From positions 152,423-216,422 of the IMG/VR virus record IMGVR_UViG_3300009104_001210: DNA of 64,000 nucleotides; one strand, 5' to 3'. Both the position numbers and the translations under genes were made by a program. This document shows, piece by piece, positions 46,255 to 56,765 of this stretch; positions within the stretch are counted from its first letter, which is position 1, and the number at the start of each line of letters is the position of its first letter. Under the pieces are notes generated by a model. It was not told where the DNA came from, did no database searches, and saw only the letters and a list, made by a program, of their open reading frames with translations.

Positions 46255-47046
46255 ATGAAACAACTTACAGCAGAACAAATCCAAGAGAATTGGATTGCAC
46301 TTCTAAATTTAATAAAAGATACATTTGAAGGTGAACGACTTGAAAAGTTGTTAAAAATGTATGAGTATTTTGAAGAGAGAATGATAGTAGCGCCAGCAAG
46401 TGGTAAAGAACATTATCACAATGCACACGTTGGTGGTTATGTAGAACACGTCATTCATGTTACAGATTTGGCAGTGAAGTTAAGAAAAATGTGGGAAGCA
46501 GAAGGGGCTACAATAGATTTTACAGAAGAAGAAGTTATCTTTGCAGCTTTACATCACGACTTAGGTAAAGTAGGTGATATGGATAATGATTACTATGTAC
46601 CACAAGATTCAGAGTGGCATAGAAAAAATCGTGGTGAAATCTTTACACATAATGGTCAACTATCTTATATGACAGTTACAGATAGAGCCATTTTCTTGTT
46701 GAATCAGTTTGGTATCACAATGAGTGAAAATGAATACATTGGTTTAAGACTTACTGATGGTTTGTATGAAGAAGCTAATAAAAACTATTATATTAGTTGG
46801 AATCCTGATTGGGCATTGAAGTCTAATATAGCATATGTACTTCATGCAGCAGATAGTATGGCTACTCATATTGAATATGATGTGTGGAAACGTGGTGATA
46901 TAGAAGAAGTTGAAGCTAAACAGGAAAAATTAACTTCATTAAAGAAAGCATTGACGGTTGATGATAATGAAAAGAAACCACAATCGCCTGAATTATCAAA
47001 AAAATCTCAAGATTTATTTGATGAACTATTTGGAGATAAAAAATGA
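46255..47046 (+). CDS. HD-domain phosphohydrolase
   Basis: HYHNAHVGGYVEH, ALHHDLGK, LHAAD; start ATG 46255. Confidence 0.85.
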   Translation: MKQLTAEQIQENWIALLNLIKDTFEGERLEKLLKMYEYFEERMIVAPASGKEHYHNAHVGGYVEHVIHVTDLAVKLRKMWEAEGATIDFTEEEVIFAALHHDLGKVGDMDNDYYVPQDSEWHRKNRGEIFTHNGQLSYMTVTDRAIFLLNQFGITMSENEYIGLRLTDGLYEEANKNYYISWNPDWALKSNIAYVLHAADSMATHIEYDVWKRGDIEEVEAKQEKLTSLKKALTVDDNEKKPQSPELSKKSQDLFDELFGDKK

Positions 47047-47327
47047 TTATAGAAATATTATTAGGAATATTCGTTACTGCATTTTTAACTAGCTGTTTTA
47101 CTATTTGGAATCTAATGAAAAAACAAGAGCTAACAGAAGATTGGTTAATAGCTGTAGAAAATAGATTAACAAATATAATTACTGAAACTAAAGACATAGA
47201 TGAAAAAGGTATGTTTGAAGCAGATGATGAAGTTGGATCTATTTTTGAACAAATTAATACACTAATACAAACATTAAATGATTTTGTAACAATAGAAGGG
47301 GAAGAGGAAGACAATGCCAGTAGTTAA
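47043..47327 (+). CDS. membrane-anchored hypothetical protein
   Basis: N-terminal TM. Confidence 0.55.
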   Translation: MIIEILLGIFVTAFLTSCFTIWNLMKKQELTEDWLIAVENRLTNIITETKDIDEKGMFEADDEVGSIFEQINTLIQTLNDFVTIEGEEEDNASS

Positions 47328-48045
47328 AAAGAAAAAGAGGAAAATGTATTTTGGACAAGTAACTGAAGATGCTATCGTAAGATATAATAAATCAGAAGAT
47401 CCTATTTTAAGAAATACAATTTATAATGACTATATTCGAAAACCATTTGAGAAATTGGCAGAGAATATCATCCACACTTTTAAGTTTTATTACTTTGATG
47501 TTCCAAGTGAAGATGTAAAACATGAAGTAGTTTCATTTCTTGTTATGAATATGCACAAATATAAAGAGGGTAAAGGAAAAGCATTTTCTTACTTCAGTAT
47601 TGTTGCTAAGAATTATTTAATTCTACATAACAATAATAATTACAAAAAAATGAAAGCTACCGATGATCTAGATGTTTTAGATTTTTCAAGAAACATTAGT
47701 AGTGAGCAAGAACAAAAAGTAGTTAAAGATTACTATGAAGTTTTCTTTGATGAAATGTTAGAGTATTGGGATGTTCATCTTACAGAATTATTTAAACGCA
47801 AAAAAGATTTAAATGTTGCTGATTCTGTAATTTATTTGTTTAAGAATAGAGATAACATAGAAAACTTTAATAAGAAAGCTTTGTATATCTTGATCAGAGA
47901 ACGAACAGGTTCTAATACTCAACATATTACTAGAGTAATAAATCAAATGAAAAAACAATATACTAAGATGCAAAAAGTATTTCAAGCATCAGGTTCTGTT
48001 ACTAATATGACTACGGGATCGTATATGAATGTTTTATTTTCTTAA
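47314..48045 (+). CDS. sigma-factor-like protein (T4 gp55-like late sigma candidate)
   Basis: Region-2-like EDVKHEVVSFL...KGKAFSYFSIVAKNYL. Confidence 0.65.
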   Translation: MPVVKKKKRKMYFGQVTEDAIVRYNKSEDPILRNTIYNDYIRKPFEKLAENIIHTFKFYYFDVPSEDVKHEVVSFLVMNMHKYKEGKGKAFSYFSIVAKNYLILHNNNNYKKMKATDDLDVLDFSRNISSEQEQKVVKDYYEVFFDEMLEYWDVHLTELFKRKKDLNVADSVIYLFKNRDNIENFNKKALYILIRERTGSNTQHITRVINQMKKQYTKMQKVFQASGSVTNMTTGSYMNVLFS

Positions 48046-48064
48046 TTAGAGAATAACATATAAT

Positions 48065-48093
48065 AAAAAAGGGGACCACATGGTCCCCTTTTT
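48065..48093. terminator. bidirectional intrinsic terminator
   Basis: AAAAAAGGGGACCA-CA-TGGTCCCCTTTTT between convergent genes. Confidence 0.9.
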
Positions 48094-48134
48094 ATGTGTC
48101 CTATATTTGTAGGAAATATAAGACGTATTCCGTC

Positions 48135-48356
48135 CTACTTGCGGAATAAACCCACCAACACCAATAAGGCGACAAGTCCAGCGAAACCAGACTCGCCAAA
48201 CGTATTTATGATGGATGTCAGGTTACCTATAACATTCACACCAAAGACACCTGTTCCAAATATTACTTCAGAAACAGCACCTATGGCGACAAAAGACATG
48301 AGTAAATGAGCTAAGTCATCAACCCACCCTTTAACTTGTGTTATGATTTCCTTCAT
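48135..48356 (-). CDS. small membrane protein (the only credible minus-strand gene)
   Basis: MKEIITQVKGWVDDLAHLLMSFVAIGAVSEVIFG...; GGGAG RBS; points into the bidirectional terminator. Confidence 0.8.
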   Translation of the reverse strand: MKEIITQVKGWVDDLAHLLMSFVAIGAVSEVIFGTGVFGVNVIGNLTSIINTFGESGFAGLVALLVLVGLFRK

Positions 48357-48520
48357 CGGTTTTCTCCCGTTAGTTAACAAAAAAAAGGTTGCTCAGTTGG
48401 AATAACCAAGCAACCTCTACAATAACTATGTAAAATCTTATAATTTTATATTTATATAATGAAACATCTTTTGGAAATTACAATAGGTTAAATCTTAACT
48501 GAATATAAAACGGAGTTTAA

Positions 48521-48910
48521 ATGGCTACAGATTATGAAGTATTTGAAGGTAAATCTCTATCTGACGTATTCAAAGATATTTACGACAATACTGAGAAAAA
48601 TAGAAAGCAATTAGATGTATTAACAAGGGAACTTGTATCCTTTATTAAAGATGGTGATACTGCAGTTCAAATTGTTCCTATGTTAAAAGAATACCTCGAA
48701 ATCAACGTAAAAAATGATGATCAGTTGGTTAAAATAGCAGGTATAGTTCAAAGATTAATTGCAGCAGATGGAAAAGTTGGCTCTGAAGATGCCTTTGCAT
48801 TATCAGATACAGAGAAAGAACAGTTAATGAAAGCTGTAGAGTCTACCGTAGAAGATGTACAAAAATATTCTGATAAAATTTCGACGGAAATAAATTCATT
48901 GGAAGATTAA
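48521..48910 (+). CDS. conserved hypothetical protein at the start of the late structural operon
   Basis: GGAG RBS after TATTTATA at 48449. Confidence 0.7.
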   Translation: MATDYEVFEGKSLSDVFKDIYDNTEKNRKQLDVLTRELVSFIKDGDTAVQIVPMLKEYLEINVKNDDQLVKIAGIVQRLIAADGKVGSEDAFALSDTEKEQLMKAVESTVEDVQKYSDKISTEINSLED

Positions 48911-50332
48911 ATGTCTAAAATCACAATACCTGATAGCTTACTATCACAAGTTGGATATACAAATATCTATGACGTTGATAATCAGGTTAGAAAAATATTA
49001 ACACCAGTTGTTAATCAAATCAATTCTTTATTTAGTCAAACAGCTGGAGAGTTGGCTGAAGTAAGAGAAGTGTATGCTATTGAGAATCAACTACCATTAA
49101 CTGAAGAAGGTTTACCAAATTATAAATTACTTGGTGCAATAAAAATACGAACTGTTTTACAAGATCAATATTTAAGTGAAGAAGAATTACCTATAGCCGT
49201 ACCATTAGATCCTAATATTAAAAGTTTTCCTGTAAAAGGAGAATATGTTTTTGTTGAAAGTATTTTTGGAGATAAGTTTTATTCGAGAAGAATAAATATA
49301 CACAATAATCCTAATAACTCATCACATACAGGATTAAGTAGCAAGTTTAGTATAAGTTCTAAAAACAGTTCAGATAAGAAAACATTAGAGACTGCTAATA
49401 CGGGAATAGCAAAAAATGTAGATGATGCTGAAGTAATTCCATTAGGAGACTTTTTTCAATCTGATTTTAATTTTAGACAGTTAATTCCAAACGAAGGTGA
49501 TGTAATTGTAAGTGGTAGATTTGGAAATTCTGTTAGGTTGGGTAGTAATATTGTAAATGGGGTTCAAAATTCGCCAAATGTAAAATTGAGAGCAGGACAA
49601 TTACAAGATGCTGTAAAATTTGATGAAGAAGGTTTGGTAGAATCTTTAAATGAATCACGTTTTGTACCTGTAACAGAAAATATAAATTCTGATGGATCTT
49701 CATTGTGGATGACTACTGATGAAGTTATTCCATTAAAACCTGCTACATTCGATTCCACAGATTTCTATTTATCTACAGTAAAGGAAAAGGATAGAATTGA
49801 AGAGTTTGGTGGTAAGCAAGTTGTATTGAATTCTGGTAGATTGATATTTAATAGTAAGGAAAGTGGAATATATGGATTTAGTAATGGGCCAGTAGAGATA
49901 TCTACCTTAAATGGTTTTGGTATATCTGCTCAGCAATATGTAGATATTAACAGTCCAATAATAGAATTTGGTAGAGGTGAAGAAAAAACCAAAGCAGTTA
50001 ATGTTAGAACAGTTAATTTTGATGTTGAGAATACAAAAGGTTACTCTACATTAGCAAGTAAAGGAATACGTTTAGGGCAGGGAAATTATGAACCTGCTGT
50101 AAAAGGAAATGAATTACAGGATATACTTACTGATATGATGGATACTATAAGTGATTTAGCATCAGCAGTAACTACGATAGCAGTAACACCTATTACGATT
50201 CCTGTATTAGTAACACCAACACCACAAGCATATGCATCTGAAGCAGCAAAAACTGCACAGGTCATGAGTTTATTAGCAGGGTTACAGATTAAGTTAAATA
50301 GAATGTTAAGTCGTGTGGTTGAAGTAGAATAA
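48911..50332 (+). CDS. baseplate hub/spike (gp5/VgrG-like)
   Basis: OB-fold-like PLDPNIKSFPVKGEYV; EGDVIVSGRFGNSVRLGS; beta-helix-type repeats; position before gp25. Confidence 0.6.
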   Translation: MSKITIPDSLLSQVGYTNIYDVDNQVRKILTPVVNQINSLFSQTAGELAEVREVYAIENQLPLTEEGLPNYKLLGAIKIRTVLQDQYLSEEELPIAVPLDPNIKSFPVKGEYVFVESIFGDKFYSRRINIHNNPNNSSHTGLSSKFSISSKNSSDKKTLETANTGIAKNVDDAEVIPLGDFFQSDFNFRQLIPNEGDVIVSGRFGNSVRLGSNIVNGVQNSPNVKLRAGQLQDAVKFDEEGLVESLNESRFVPVTENINSDGSSLWMTTDEVIPLKPATFDSTDFYLSTVKEKDRIEEFGGKQVVLNSGRLIFNSKESGIYGFSNGPVEISTLNGFGISAQQYVDINSPIIEFGRGEEKTKAVNVRTVNFDVENTKGYSTLASKGIRLGQGNYEPAVKGNELQDILTDMMDTISDLASAVTTIAVTPITIPVLVTPTPQAYASEAAKTAQVMSLLAGLQIKLNRMLSRVVEVE

Positions 50333-50347
50333 AACAAGAGGTATAAA

Positions 50348-50836
50348 ATGAAGAAATCAGATCTCATTAAAGTTATAAGAAAAATAGTTAGTGAAGAGGT
50401 TAAAAAAGAAGTAAATAAGATATTTATTAAAGAGAATAAGTCAATATCTGAAAAAACGTTCAAAGAACCTATCAGAAAACAATATAAAACTAAACCTAAG
50501 AAAAAAGTTCGTTATACATCAAATGAATCTTTAAATAAGGTTTTGAATGAAACTGTTGGTGGACTTCCACAAGAAGGTGGAATGATGAGCGGAGCAAGTA
50601 TATCTGAAGAAGAATATCCTGATATGGGTGGTAAACAATATACTACACAAAATATGGCTGATGTTTTAGGTTATGGTGATATAGTATCAGCAGATCCACA
50701 ACATGGTAGAGATAAACTAGCAGCACAAACTTTAGCAGAAAAAGGTGTAACACCTGATCAAGTAGGTGATGGTGTTGTAAAAGCACTCACAAGAGATTAT
50801 AGTGGTTTAATGAAAGTAATGAATAAGGGTAAATAA
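50348..50836 (+). CDS. hypothetical virion-operon protein
   Basis: ORF track. Confidence 0.6.
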   Translation: MKKSDLIKVIRKIVSEEVKKEVNKIFIKENKSISEKTFKEPIRKQYKTKPKKKVRYTSNESLNKVLNETVGGLPQEGGMMSGASISEEEYPDMGGKQYTTQNMADVLGYGDIVSADPQHGRDKLAAQTLAEKGVTPDQVGDGVVKALTRDYSGLMKVMNKGK

Positions 50837-51243
50837 TGTCATCTATAGCAAACGATTTAAATCCTGATACCTTTGTAGGTTTATCTTTTCCATTAGGAAG
50901 AGATACATCAGGAACTTGGTTTAAAAGGCACAAGACTCTTTTAGAACAAGCTAGAGATAATTTAAAAAATTTGTTATTAACTAATGTTGGAGAAAGACCA
51001 GCTCAGCCAGAATTTGGTTCTCGACTATTATCAGTTGTTTTTGAGTTTAAAGATGATAGTTTAATTGAAGAAGTTATAAATGAAGCAGTAGATAGATGGC
51101 TACCTTATATTAATATAAAAGCAATAAATACTACAGTAGAACCAAGAAATCCAAATCAACTTAATGTTGAAATAAAATTCGGAGTAACTACTGATCCTGA
51201 AGCAACGGAACAAATTACATTAGATTTTGCTCAAGGTGAATAG
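50836..51243 (+). CDS. baseplate wedge subunit gp25-like
   Basis: DNLKNLLLTNVGERPAQPEFGS. Confidence 0.9.
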   Translation: MSSIANDLNPDTFVGLSFPLGRDTSGTWFKRHKTLLEQARDNLKNLLLTNVGERPAQPEFGSRLLSVVFEFKDDSLIEEVINEAVDRWLPYINIKAINTTVEPRNPNQLNVEIKFGVTTDPEATEQITLDFAQGE

Positions 51244-51253
51244 GAGAATATAA

Positions 51254-52933
51254 ATGCCAACAAATACCGTAGGGCCAAAAACAGATATTAGCAAAGATGT
51301 TAAATATCTTAATAAAGATTTTCAAGGATTTAGAAATGATTTGATAGAATTTGCTAAAACTTATTTTCCAACAAGTTATACGGATTTTAATGAATCAAGT
51401 CCTGGAATGATGTTTATAGAAATGGCAGCTTATATTGGTGATGTTCTTTCTTATTATGTAGATAATCAATTTAAAGAATCTTTAATGGCATATGCTGAAG
51501 AAAAAAGAACTATATTGGATATAGCACAATCTTTAGGATATAAACCAAAAATTAGTTATCCATCATTTGTAACTTTAGATGTTTATCAAACTGTACCAGC
51601 TGTTGGTGCTGCAGATGCTGTTAGACCAAATATGAATTATGCTTTAACTGTTAAAAGTAATACGAGAGCAAAATCAGTTACTACAGGAAAAACTTTTAGA
51701 TTTTTAGATGATGTTAATTTTAAATATTCAAGTTCTTACGATTCTACTACAGTTTCTATTTTTGAAACAAATAGTAATGTTCCTACAAAATATTTGTTAA
51801 AGAAAAGAGTTAGGGCTGTTAGTGGTGAAATAAAAGAAGAATTGTTTACTTTCGTAACAGCAGTTAAGTATGATAAAGTAGTATTATCTAATCCAAAAGT
51901 TATTGATATAATTTCAGTAACCGATAGTGATGGAAACTTATGGTATGAAGTTCCTTTCTTAGCACAAGATACAATATATGATGAAGTGGAGAATGTATCA
52001 GCAAATGATTCTGATTTAACTCAATATAATGATACTGCACCTTATCTATTAAAGTTAAGAAAGACACCACGAAGATTTACAACATATGTTAGAGATGATA
52101 ATAGAACTGAGTTAAGATTTGGTGCAGGTGTTTCGGATAATCCTGATGAGGAGATAGTTCCAAATCCAGATAACGTTGGTTCTAGTTTACCAGGAGGTGT
52201 TTCAAAATTAGACCAAGCGTTTGATCCAGCAAACTTTCTTAATACAAGAACTTATGGATTAGCACCAGCCAACACAACATTGACAATTAAGTATACTGTA
52301 GGTGGTGGTATCGAAGATAATGTTTTTTCTAATGATATTAAAAATTTAAGTGATATTTCATATGAAATAGACGAATCTAATTTAGTAGCTGGTACTGTTA
52401 CACAAGTTAAAGAATCTGTAGCAGTTAACAATCCTGATCCTGCTACAGGTGGTAGATCGGGTGAATCATTGACTGAAATTAAACAAAATTCTTTAGCATA
52501 TTTTCAAGCACAAAGTAGAGCAGTTACGAAAGAGGATTATATGGTAAGAGCATTATCATTACCACAAAGATTTGGGAACATAGCAAAAGTATATCTTGTT
52601 CAAGATGAACAACTAAATCAATCTGAAGAACAAGTTCAAGAGCCAGAAGTTAGTGTACAAGATGCAGCACCAGCACTTGAACAACAAATTGAAGAAATTT
52701 CACCTATAAGACAAGTTAAAGCAGACATGAAATCTGCAGCAGCTACACCAGCTTTAGAATCACCTGTTAAAGTTAGAAAAACTATAGCAAAAGCTAGAAA
52801 AGTATCACGTTCACAGAAAGTTCAAGCAAGAAAAGGTAAAGGTAGACCTGCTAGTAATATAAGAAAAGGTGGAATTAGTCGTGGTCGTCCAATGTCAGAT
52901 AAAGGTGCAACAAAAGGTAAAAGGGGAGGATAG
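51254..52933 (+). CDS. baseplate wedge gp6-like, N-terminal part
   Basis: DFNESSPGMMFIEMAAYIGDVLSYY; AQSLGY; YTVGGG; RAVTKEDY. Confidence 0.88.
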   Translation: MPTNTVGPKTDISKDVKYLNKDFQGFRNDLIEFAKTYFPTSYTDFNESSPGMMFIEMAAYIGDVLSYYVDNQFKESLMAYAEEKRTILDIAQSLGYKPKISYPSFVTLDVYQTVPAVGAADAVRPNMNYALTVKSNTRAKSVTTGKTFRFLDDVNFKYSSSYDSTTVSIFETNSNVPTKYLLKKRVRAVSGEIKEELFTFVTAVKYDKVVLSNPKVIDIISVTDSDGNLWYEVPFLAQDTIYDEVENVSANDSDLTQYNDTAPYLLKLRKTPRRFTTYVRDDNRTELRFGAGVSDNPDEEIVPNPDNVGSSLPGGVSKLDQAFDPANFLNTRTYGLAPANTTLTIKYTVGGGIEDNVFSNDIKNLSDISYEIDESNLVAGTVTQVKESVAVNNPDPATGGRSGESLTEIKQNSLAYFQAQSRAVTKEDYMVRALSLPQRFGNIAKVYLVQDEQLNQSEEQVQEPEVSVQDAAPALEQQIEEISPIRQVKADMKSAAATPALESPVKVRKTIAKARKVSRSQKVQARKGKGRPASNIRKGGISRGRPMSDKGATKGKRGG

Positions 52934-53502
52934 TGGCAACAAAAAAACAAGCATCAAGAATACCTAATCCATTAGCATTGAATATGTATGTGTTAGGATA
53001 TGATGCAAATAAAAAATTAACAAATTTAAATCAAGCCGTTAAAGAAAATTTACAAACTTATCTTGGTCAATACAGAATGGTTACTGATGCGATTAATATT
53101 AAAAACGCTTATGTAATAAACATTGGTGTTCAGTTTAGTATTATGACAAGAGCAAATTATAATAAGAGTGAAGTTTTATTAAGATCTATTCAAACAGTTA
53201 AAACATTTTTTGATATTGATAGGTGGCAAGTAAATCAACCAATTATATTATCAGATTTAGTTTATCAATTAAGTTTAGTAGATGGTGTAGCATCAGTAGT
53301 TCCACCTGTAGAAGATAATTCACAATCTCTGCCAATTGTAATAAAAAACAAATATAAAGTAGCAAATGGTTATTCTGGTAATCTATATGATATGGCTGCA
53401 GCTACAAAGAATGGTGTTATTTATCCATCATTAGATCCTTCAATTTTTGAATTAAAATATCCATCTACAGATATTGAAGGTAGGGTAGTAGGAGATCAAT
53501 AA
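52933..53502 (+). CDS. baseplate wedge gp6-like, C-terminal part
   Basis: NPLALNMYVLGYD...LQTYLGQYRMVTDAINI; GTG start overlapping TAG, with GGAGG SD. Confidence 0.75.
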   Translation: MATKKQASRIPNPLALNMYVLGYDANKKLTNLNQAVKENLQTYLGQYRMVTDAINIKNAYVINIGVQFSIMTRANYNKSEVLLRSIQTVKTFFDIDRWQVNQPIILSDLVYQLSLVDGVASVVPPVEDNSQSLPIVIKNKYKVANGYSGNLYDMAAATKNGVIYPSLDPSIFELKYPSTDIEGRVVGDQ

Positions 53503-54641
53503 TGAATTATTTTGAATTTGCTACAGCAGACGCAACATTATATGAGGGTGAAGCAACCCAATCAGTAAACACAGGTTTAGATCCTATACTTGAAGTTCGT
53601 AAAGATATGAATGATTCGGGGACAGTAATTGCTGTTTCTCGTGCTTTAATTAAATTTGATTTATCATATATTAAAAGTTCAGTAACAAATGGTTTAATAC
53701 CAAAAAGTGCAAAGTATTATTTAAATTTATATGATGCAGGTTCTTCAGAATTACCATCATCACAAACACTTTATGGTTATCCCGTAAGTCAATCATGGGT
53801 ACAAGGAGATGGAACTTATGGTGATAATCCAAAAACAACTGAAGGTGTTAGTTGGAGATATCGTGATGGAGAAACATCAGGTACACAATGGATTTTGTCA
53901 AGTAATGATACGGGTGGAACTTGGTTTAGTGGTAGTTATGCAGGTGGAACAAGAAACTTAACTTGTTCTGCTTCTTTATCATACGAAACTACAGATATTA
54001 GAATGGATGTAACTGATATTGTTCATGGTTGGATATATAGTAGTTCTGCTTTTCCAAATGAAGGATTTATGATAAAGAGAAGTGGTAGTGTAGGAAATGC
54101 AAATTCAAGTGTAGATGAAGGAAGTACTACTGCTTTTGGACAATTAAAATTCTTTTCAAGAGACACATCTACAATTTATCCGCCAAAGTTAGAAGCAGAA
54201 TGGAATAGTAGCGCTTGGAGTACAGGTTCTTTAGCACCACTTACAGGTTCTGCATTAGAAGATACTGTAGTTTATTTTACAGGAATGAGAGGTGAATATA
54301 AACAAAACAGTAAAATTAAATTTAAACTTGTAGGAAGAGAAAGATATCCTAAGAAAACATTTTCTACAACTTCTCAAAATTTAGTTGTAAAACATTTTCC
54401 AAGTGCTAGTGTTTGGTTTTCTGTTAAAGACGCTTTGACAGAAGATGTAATAATTCCATTTGGAACAGGATCGTATATATCATGTGATTCTTCAGGACAT
54501 TATTTTAATATGTGGATGAATGGACTTCAAGCAGAAAGATATTATAAGTTTGAAATAAAAGTTCAGAGTGGTTCAAAAACAGATGCTAATCAAATTGTAA
54601 ATTATTATGATGATGATTGGACATTTAAAGTGGTTAGATAA
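53502..54641 (+). CDS. virion structural protein (DNRLRE/CBM96-like)
   Basis: DATLY, RALIKFD, SQSW..G.G, PPKLE. Confidence 0.55.
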   Translation: MNYFEFATADATLYEGEATQSVNTGLDPILEVRKDMNDSGTVIAVSRALIKFDLSYIKSSVTNGLIPKSAKYYLNLYDAGSSELPSSQTLYGYPVSQSWVQGDGTYGDNPKTTEGVSWRYRDGETSGTQWILSSNDTGGTWFSGSYAGGTRNLTCSASLSYETTDIRMDVTDIVHGWIYSSSAFPNEGFMIKRSGSVGNANSSVDEGSTTAFGQLKFFSRDTSTIYPPKLEAEWNSSAWSTGSLAPLTGSALEDTVVYFTGMRGEYKQNSKIKFKLVGRERYPKKTFSTTSQNLVVKHFPSASVWFSVKDALTEDVIIPFGTGSYISCDSSGHYFNMWMNGLQAERYYKFEIKVQSGSKTDANQIVNYYDDDWTFKVVR

Positions 54642-55717
54642 TGCCTTATACGCCAGAACAATTAGCAAATAATTCATATTTTGAAAAAGTTTTAGAATCT
54701 AATCGAAAAGAGCAAGTAGATAGTTTTCTAAGAGAAAAGTTAAAAACGGATGCTTCAGGTTCTAATGCTGCAGCTTCGGAAACTATTAGAATGAAAACAG
54801 GAGAATTTGTATCTATTCCTGAATTAGAAGATGCAGGTTCTACTTCACAGCAAGTAACAATTTCAAATAGAACTAGACACATTTCATCTGATGAAAAAGT
54901 TTTTGTAGATAAAGAAATAAAAGAATTATTAAATAATGAACCAGCAAAGGTACTTTCAGTAGAAGAATTTTTTACTGAATATGAAAGATTGAAAACAGTT
55001 ATGTCTGCAGAAGGTAATAGAGATTCGCACAGATATCTTGTAGATACTTCTAAAACATTTATTAATACAGATGATGATGAAGTAGCAAAATTAAAAGCAA
55101 GATTACAAGAAGAATTAGATAAGTTACAGGCAATACAAAAAAGATTAGAAGAAACTACTTTAGCAATTATTGCAGAACAAGAGGCAGAAGCTGCAGAGGA
55201 TGCGGCATATGAGTTATATTATTCAACAATGAGTTCACAATTTTTGAATACAGCTAGACCATATACAAGACAAGAATGGGATGCACATGGAATGCCAGAG
55301 GCTGCAGAAAATAATGGATGGGGCAAATTAAGATTTATAAGAGATGCAGCAGGAAATTATAAAGGTAGTCAACATACTAAAAATAGCATTTCTGTTACAT
55401 ATTATGGTCGTGGTCGAAAGAAAAATAAAAAAGTTCGTAAAGGAAATCAATATTTAGAGGCATCAGTTGAGGCTGTAGGAGATCCTAATTTAACTTACGA
55501 TTGGGTAGATAATAAAACAGGAGTAAGTTTACAATATGATTCTGACGCAGATCATTTTTCGGGTATAGATACACCAACTTTGTCTGTTACACAAGGAAGT
55601 AAATACAAAAATAGTTTTAGTTGTCCAACATTCAAATGTAAAATAAAAGATTCTTCAGGGGAAGTATTCTCTAAATCGGTAGACATTTATAGAAGAACTA
55701 TCTATGGTGGGAGTTAA
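54641..55717 (+). CDS. structural-operon protein with C-terminal Ig-like segment
   Basis: ORF track; LTYDW...FKCKI. Confidence 0.5.
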   Translation: MPYTPEQLANNSYFEKVLESNRKEQVDSFLREKLKTDASGSNAAASETIRMKTGEFVSIPELEDAGSTSQQVTISNRTRHISSDEKVFVDKEIKELLNNEPAKVLSVEEFFTEYERLKTVMSAEGNRDSHRYLVDTSKTFINTDDDEVAKLKARLQEELDKLQAIQKRLEETTLAIIAEQEAEAAEDAAYELYYSTMSSQFLNTARPYTRQEWDAHGMPEAAENNGWGKLRFIRDAAGNYKGSQHTKNSISVTYYGRGRKKNKKVRKGNQYLEASVEAVGDPNLTYDWVDNKTGVSLQYDSDADHFSGIDTPTLSVTQGSKYKNSFSCPTFKCKIKDSSGEVFSKSVDIYRRTIYGGS

Positions 55718-55719
55718 TA

Positions 55720-56763
55720 ATGCCAATTCCAGGATTCGCAGGCGGAAAACAAGCTAGTGCTGAAATAAGACCTGTAGCAAATACTGCTACAAATACTAGT
55801 ACTGCAAAAAGTAGAGCTGGTTATGTGCCACCAATTACTGTTGATTTTAAAAATGATTTTGGAGAAAAATCAGGAGATTTTATAGAATATTATGTTTATG
55901 ACATGGATGGTAATTTTATAGGATCTGAAATTAGAGAAGGTGGTGTTTCAGGAGATAAAGTAAATTTAAATCCTGGTGAAGATATAAGAGCATTAGGTTT
56001 AATAGCAGGAAAATATAGAATAGTATATAATTTTTTACGACAAAGAGGTGGTAAACCAAGAGTATTTTTCATTGATAGTGATAATGACATTTGGAATGGT
56101 ACAGTTAGAGAAGAAGATGGTAAGTGGTTTAAAGGTGCTGAGTTAGATTTAACTAATCCAACTACAAGAGAAGAAGTTTTTGTTTTTGATGACAATTATT
56201 TAATTCAAGATATATCACCATCAAGAACTGAAGTAAGAGTTATACCAAAGAGTTCTGAAATTGGTGAATATAAAAATGGATTTGCGTCTCTTCAATTTAA
56301 AGAAATACAATATGATCCTGTACTTACTGACATTACAGGAGATATAAGTGTAGATAGTACTGATTCAACAAAACTTGTTGCTAATTTAGACGATTCTGAT
56401 AGTGGTTTTAATGAGAATATGGTTGGTGGAGAATTAATAATTAAAAACGCATTTATAACGGGATATAATACTGATATTATATATAAAAAACATCCAAATC
56501 CAAATTGGGAAGGTCCTCCACCTGAAAATAAAGTAGAAGATGCTAAAACTACAGCAAAAGAAGAAGCAATTCAAAGGCGAGAAAATGCTAAAACTGACCC
56601 ATTACCTCCTGAATCAAAATATGGAGAAGATCCTATAACAGAGATAGATCCAAATGTATTATCTATGCAAGATACAGCTGATGCTAGAGGTGGTGGTTAT
56701 GATCCTGTTACTAACTATGGAGACGGTGAAGGTTGGGAAGGTGATATGGGTGGAGATATATAG
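55720..56763 (+). CDS. structural-operon protein
   Basis: DFIEYYVYD; IQDISPSRTEVR. Confidence 0.55.
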   Translation: MPIPGFAGGKQASAEIRPVANTATNTSTAKSRAGYVPPITVDFKNDFGEKSGDFIEYYVYDMDGNFIGSEIREGGVSGDKVNLNPGEDIRALGLIAGKYRIVYNFLRQRGGKPRVFFIDSDNDIWNGTVREEDGKWFKGAELDLTNPTTREEVFVFDDNYLIQDISPSRTEVRVIPKSSEIGEYKNGFASLQFKEIQYDPVLTDITGDISVDSTDSTKLVANLDDSDSGFNENMVGGELIIKNAFITGYNTDIIYKKHPNPNWEGPPPENKVEDAKTTAKEEAIQRRENAKTDPLPPESKYGEDPITEIDPNVLSMQDTADARGGGYDPVTNYGDGEGWEGDMGGDI

Positions 56764-56765
56764 TT

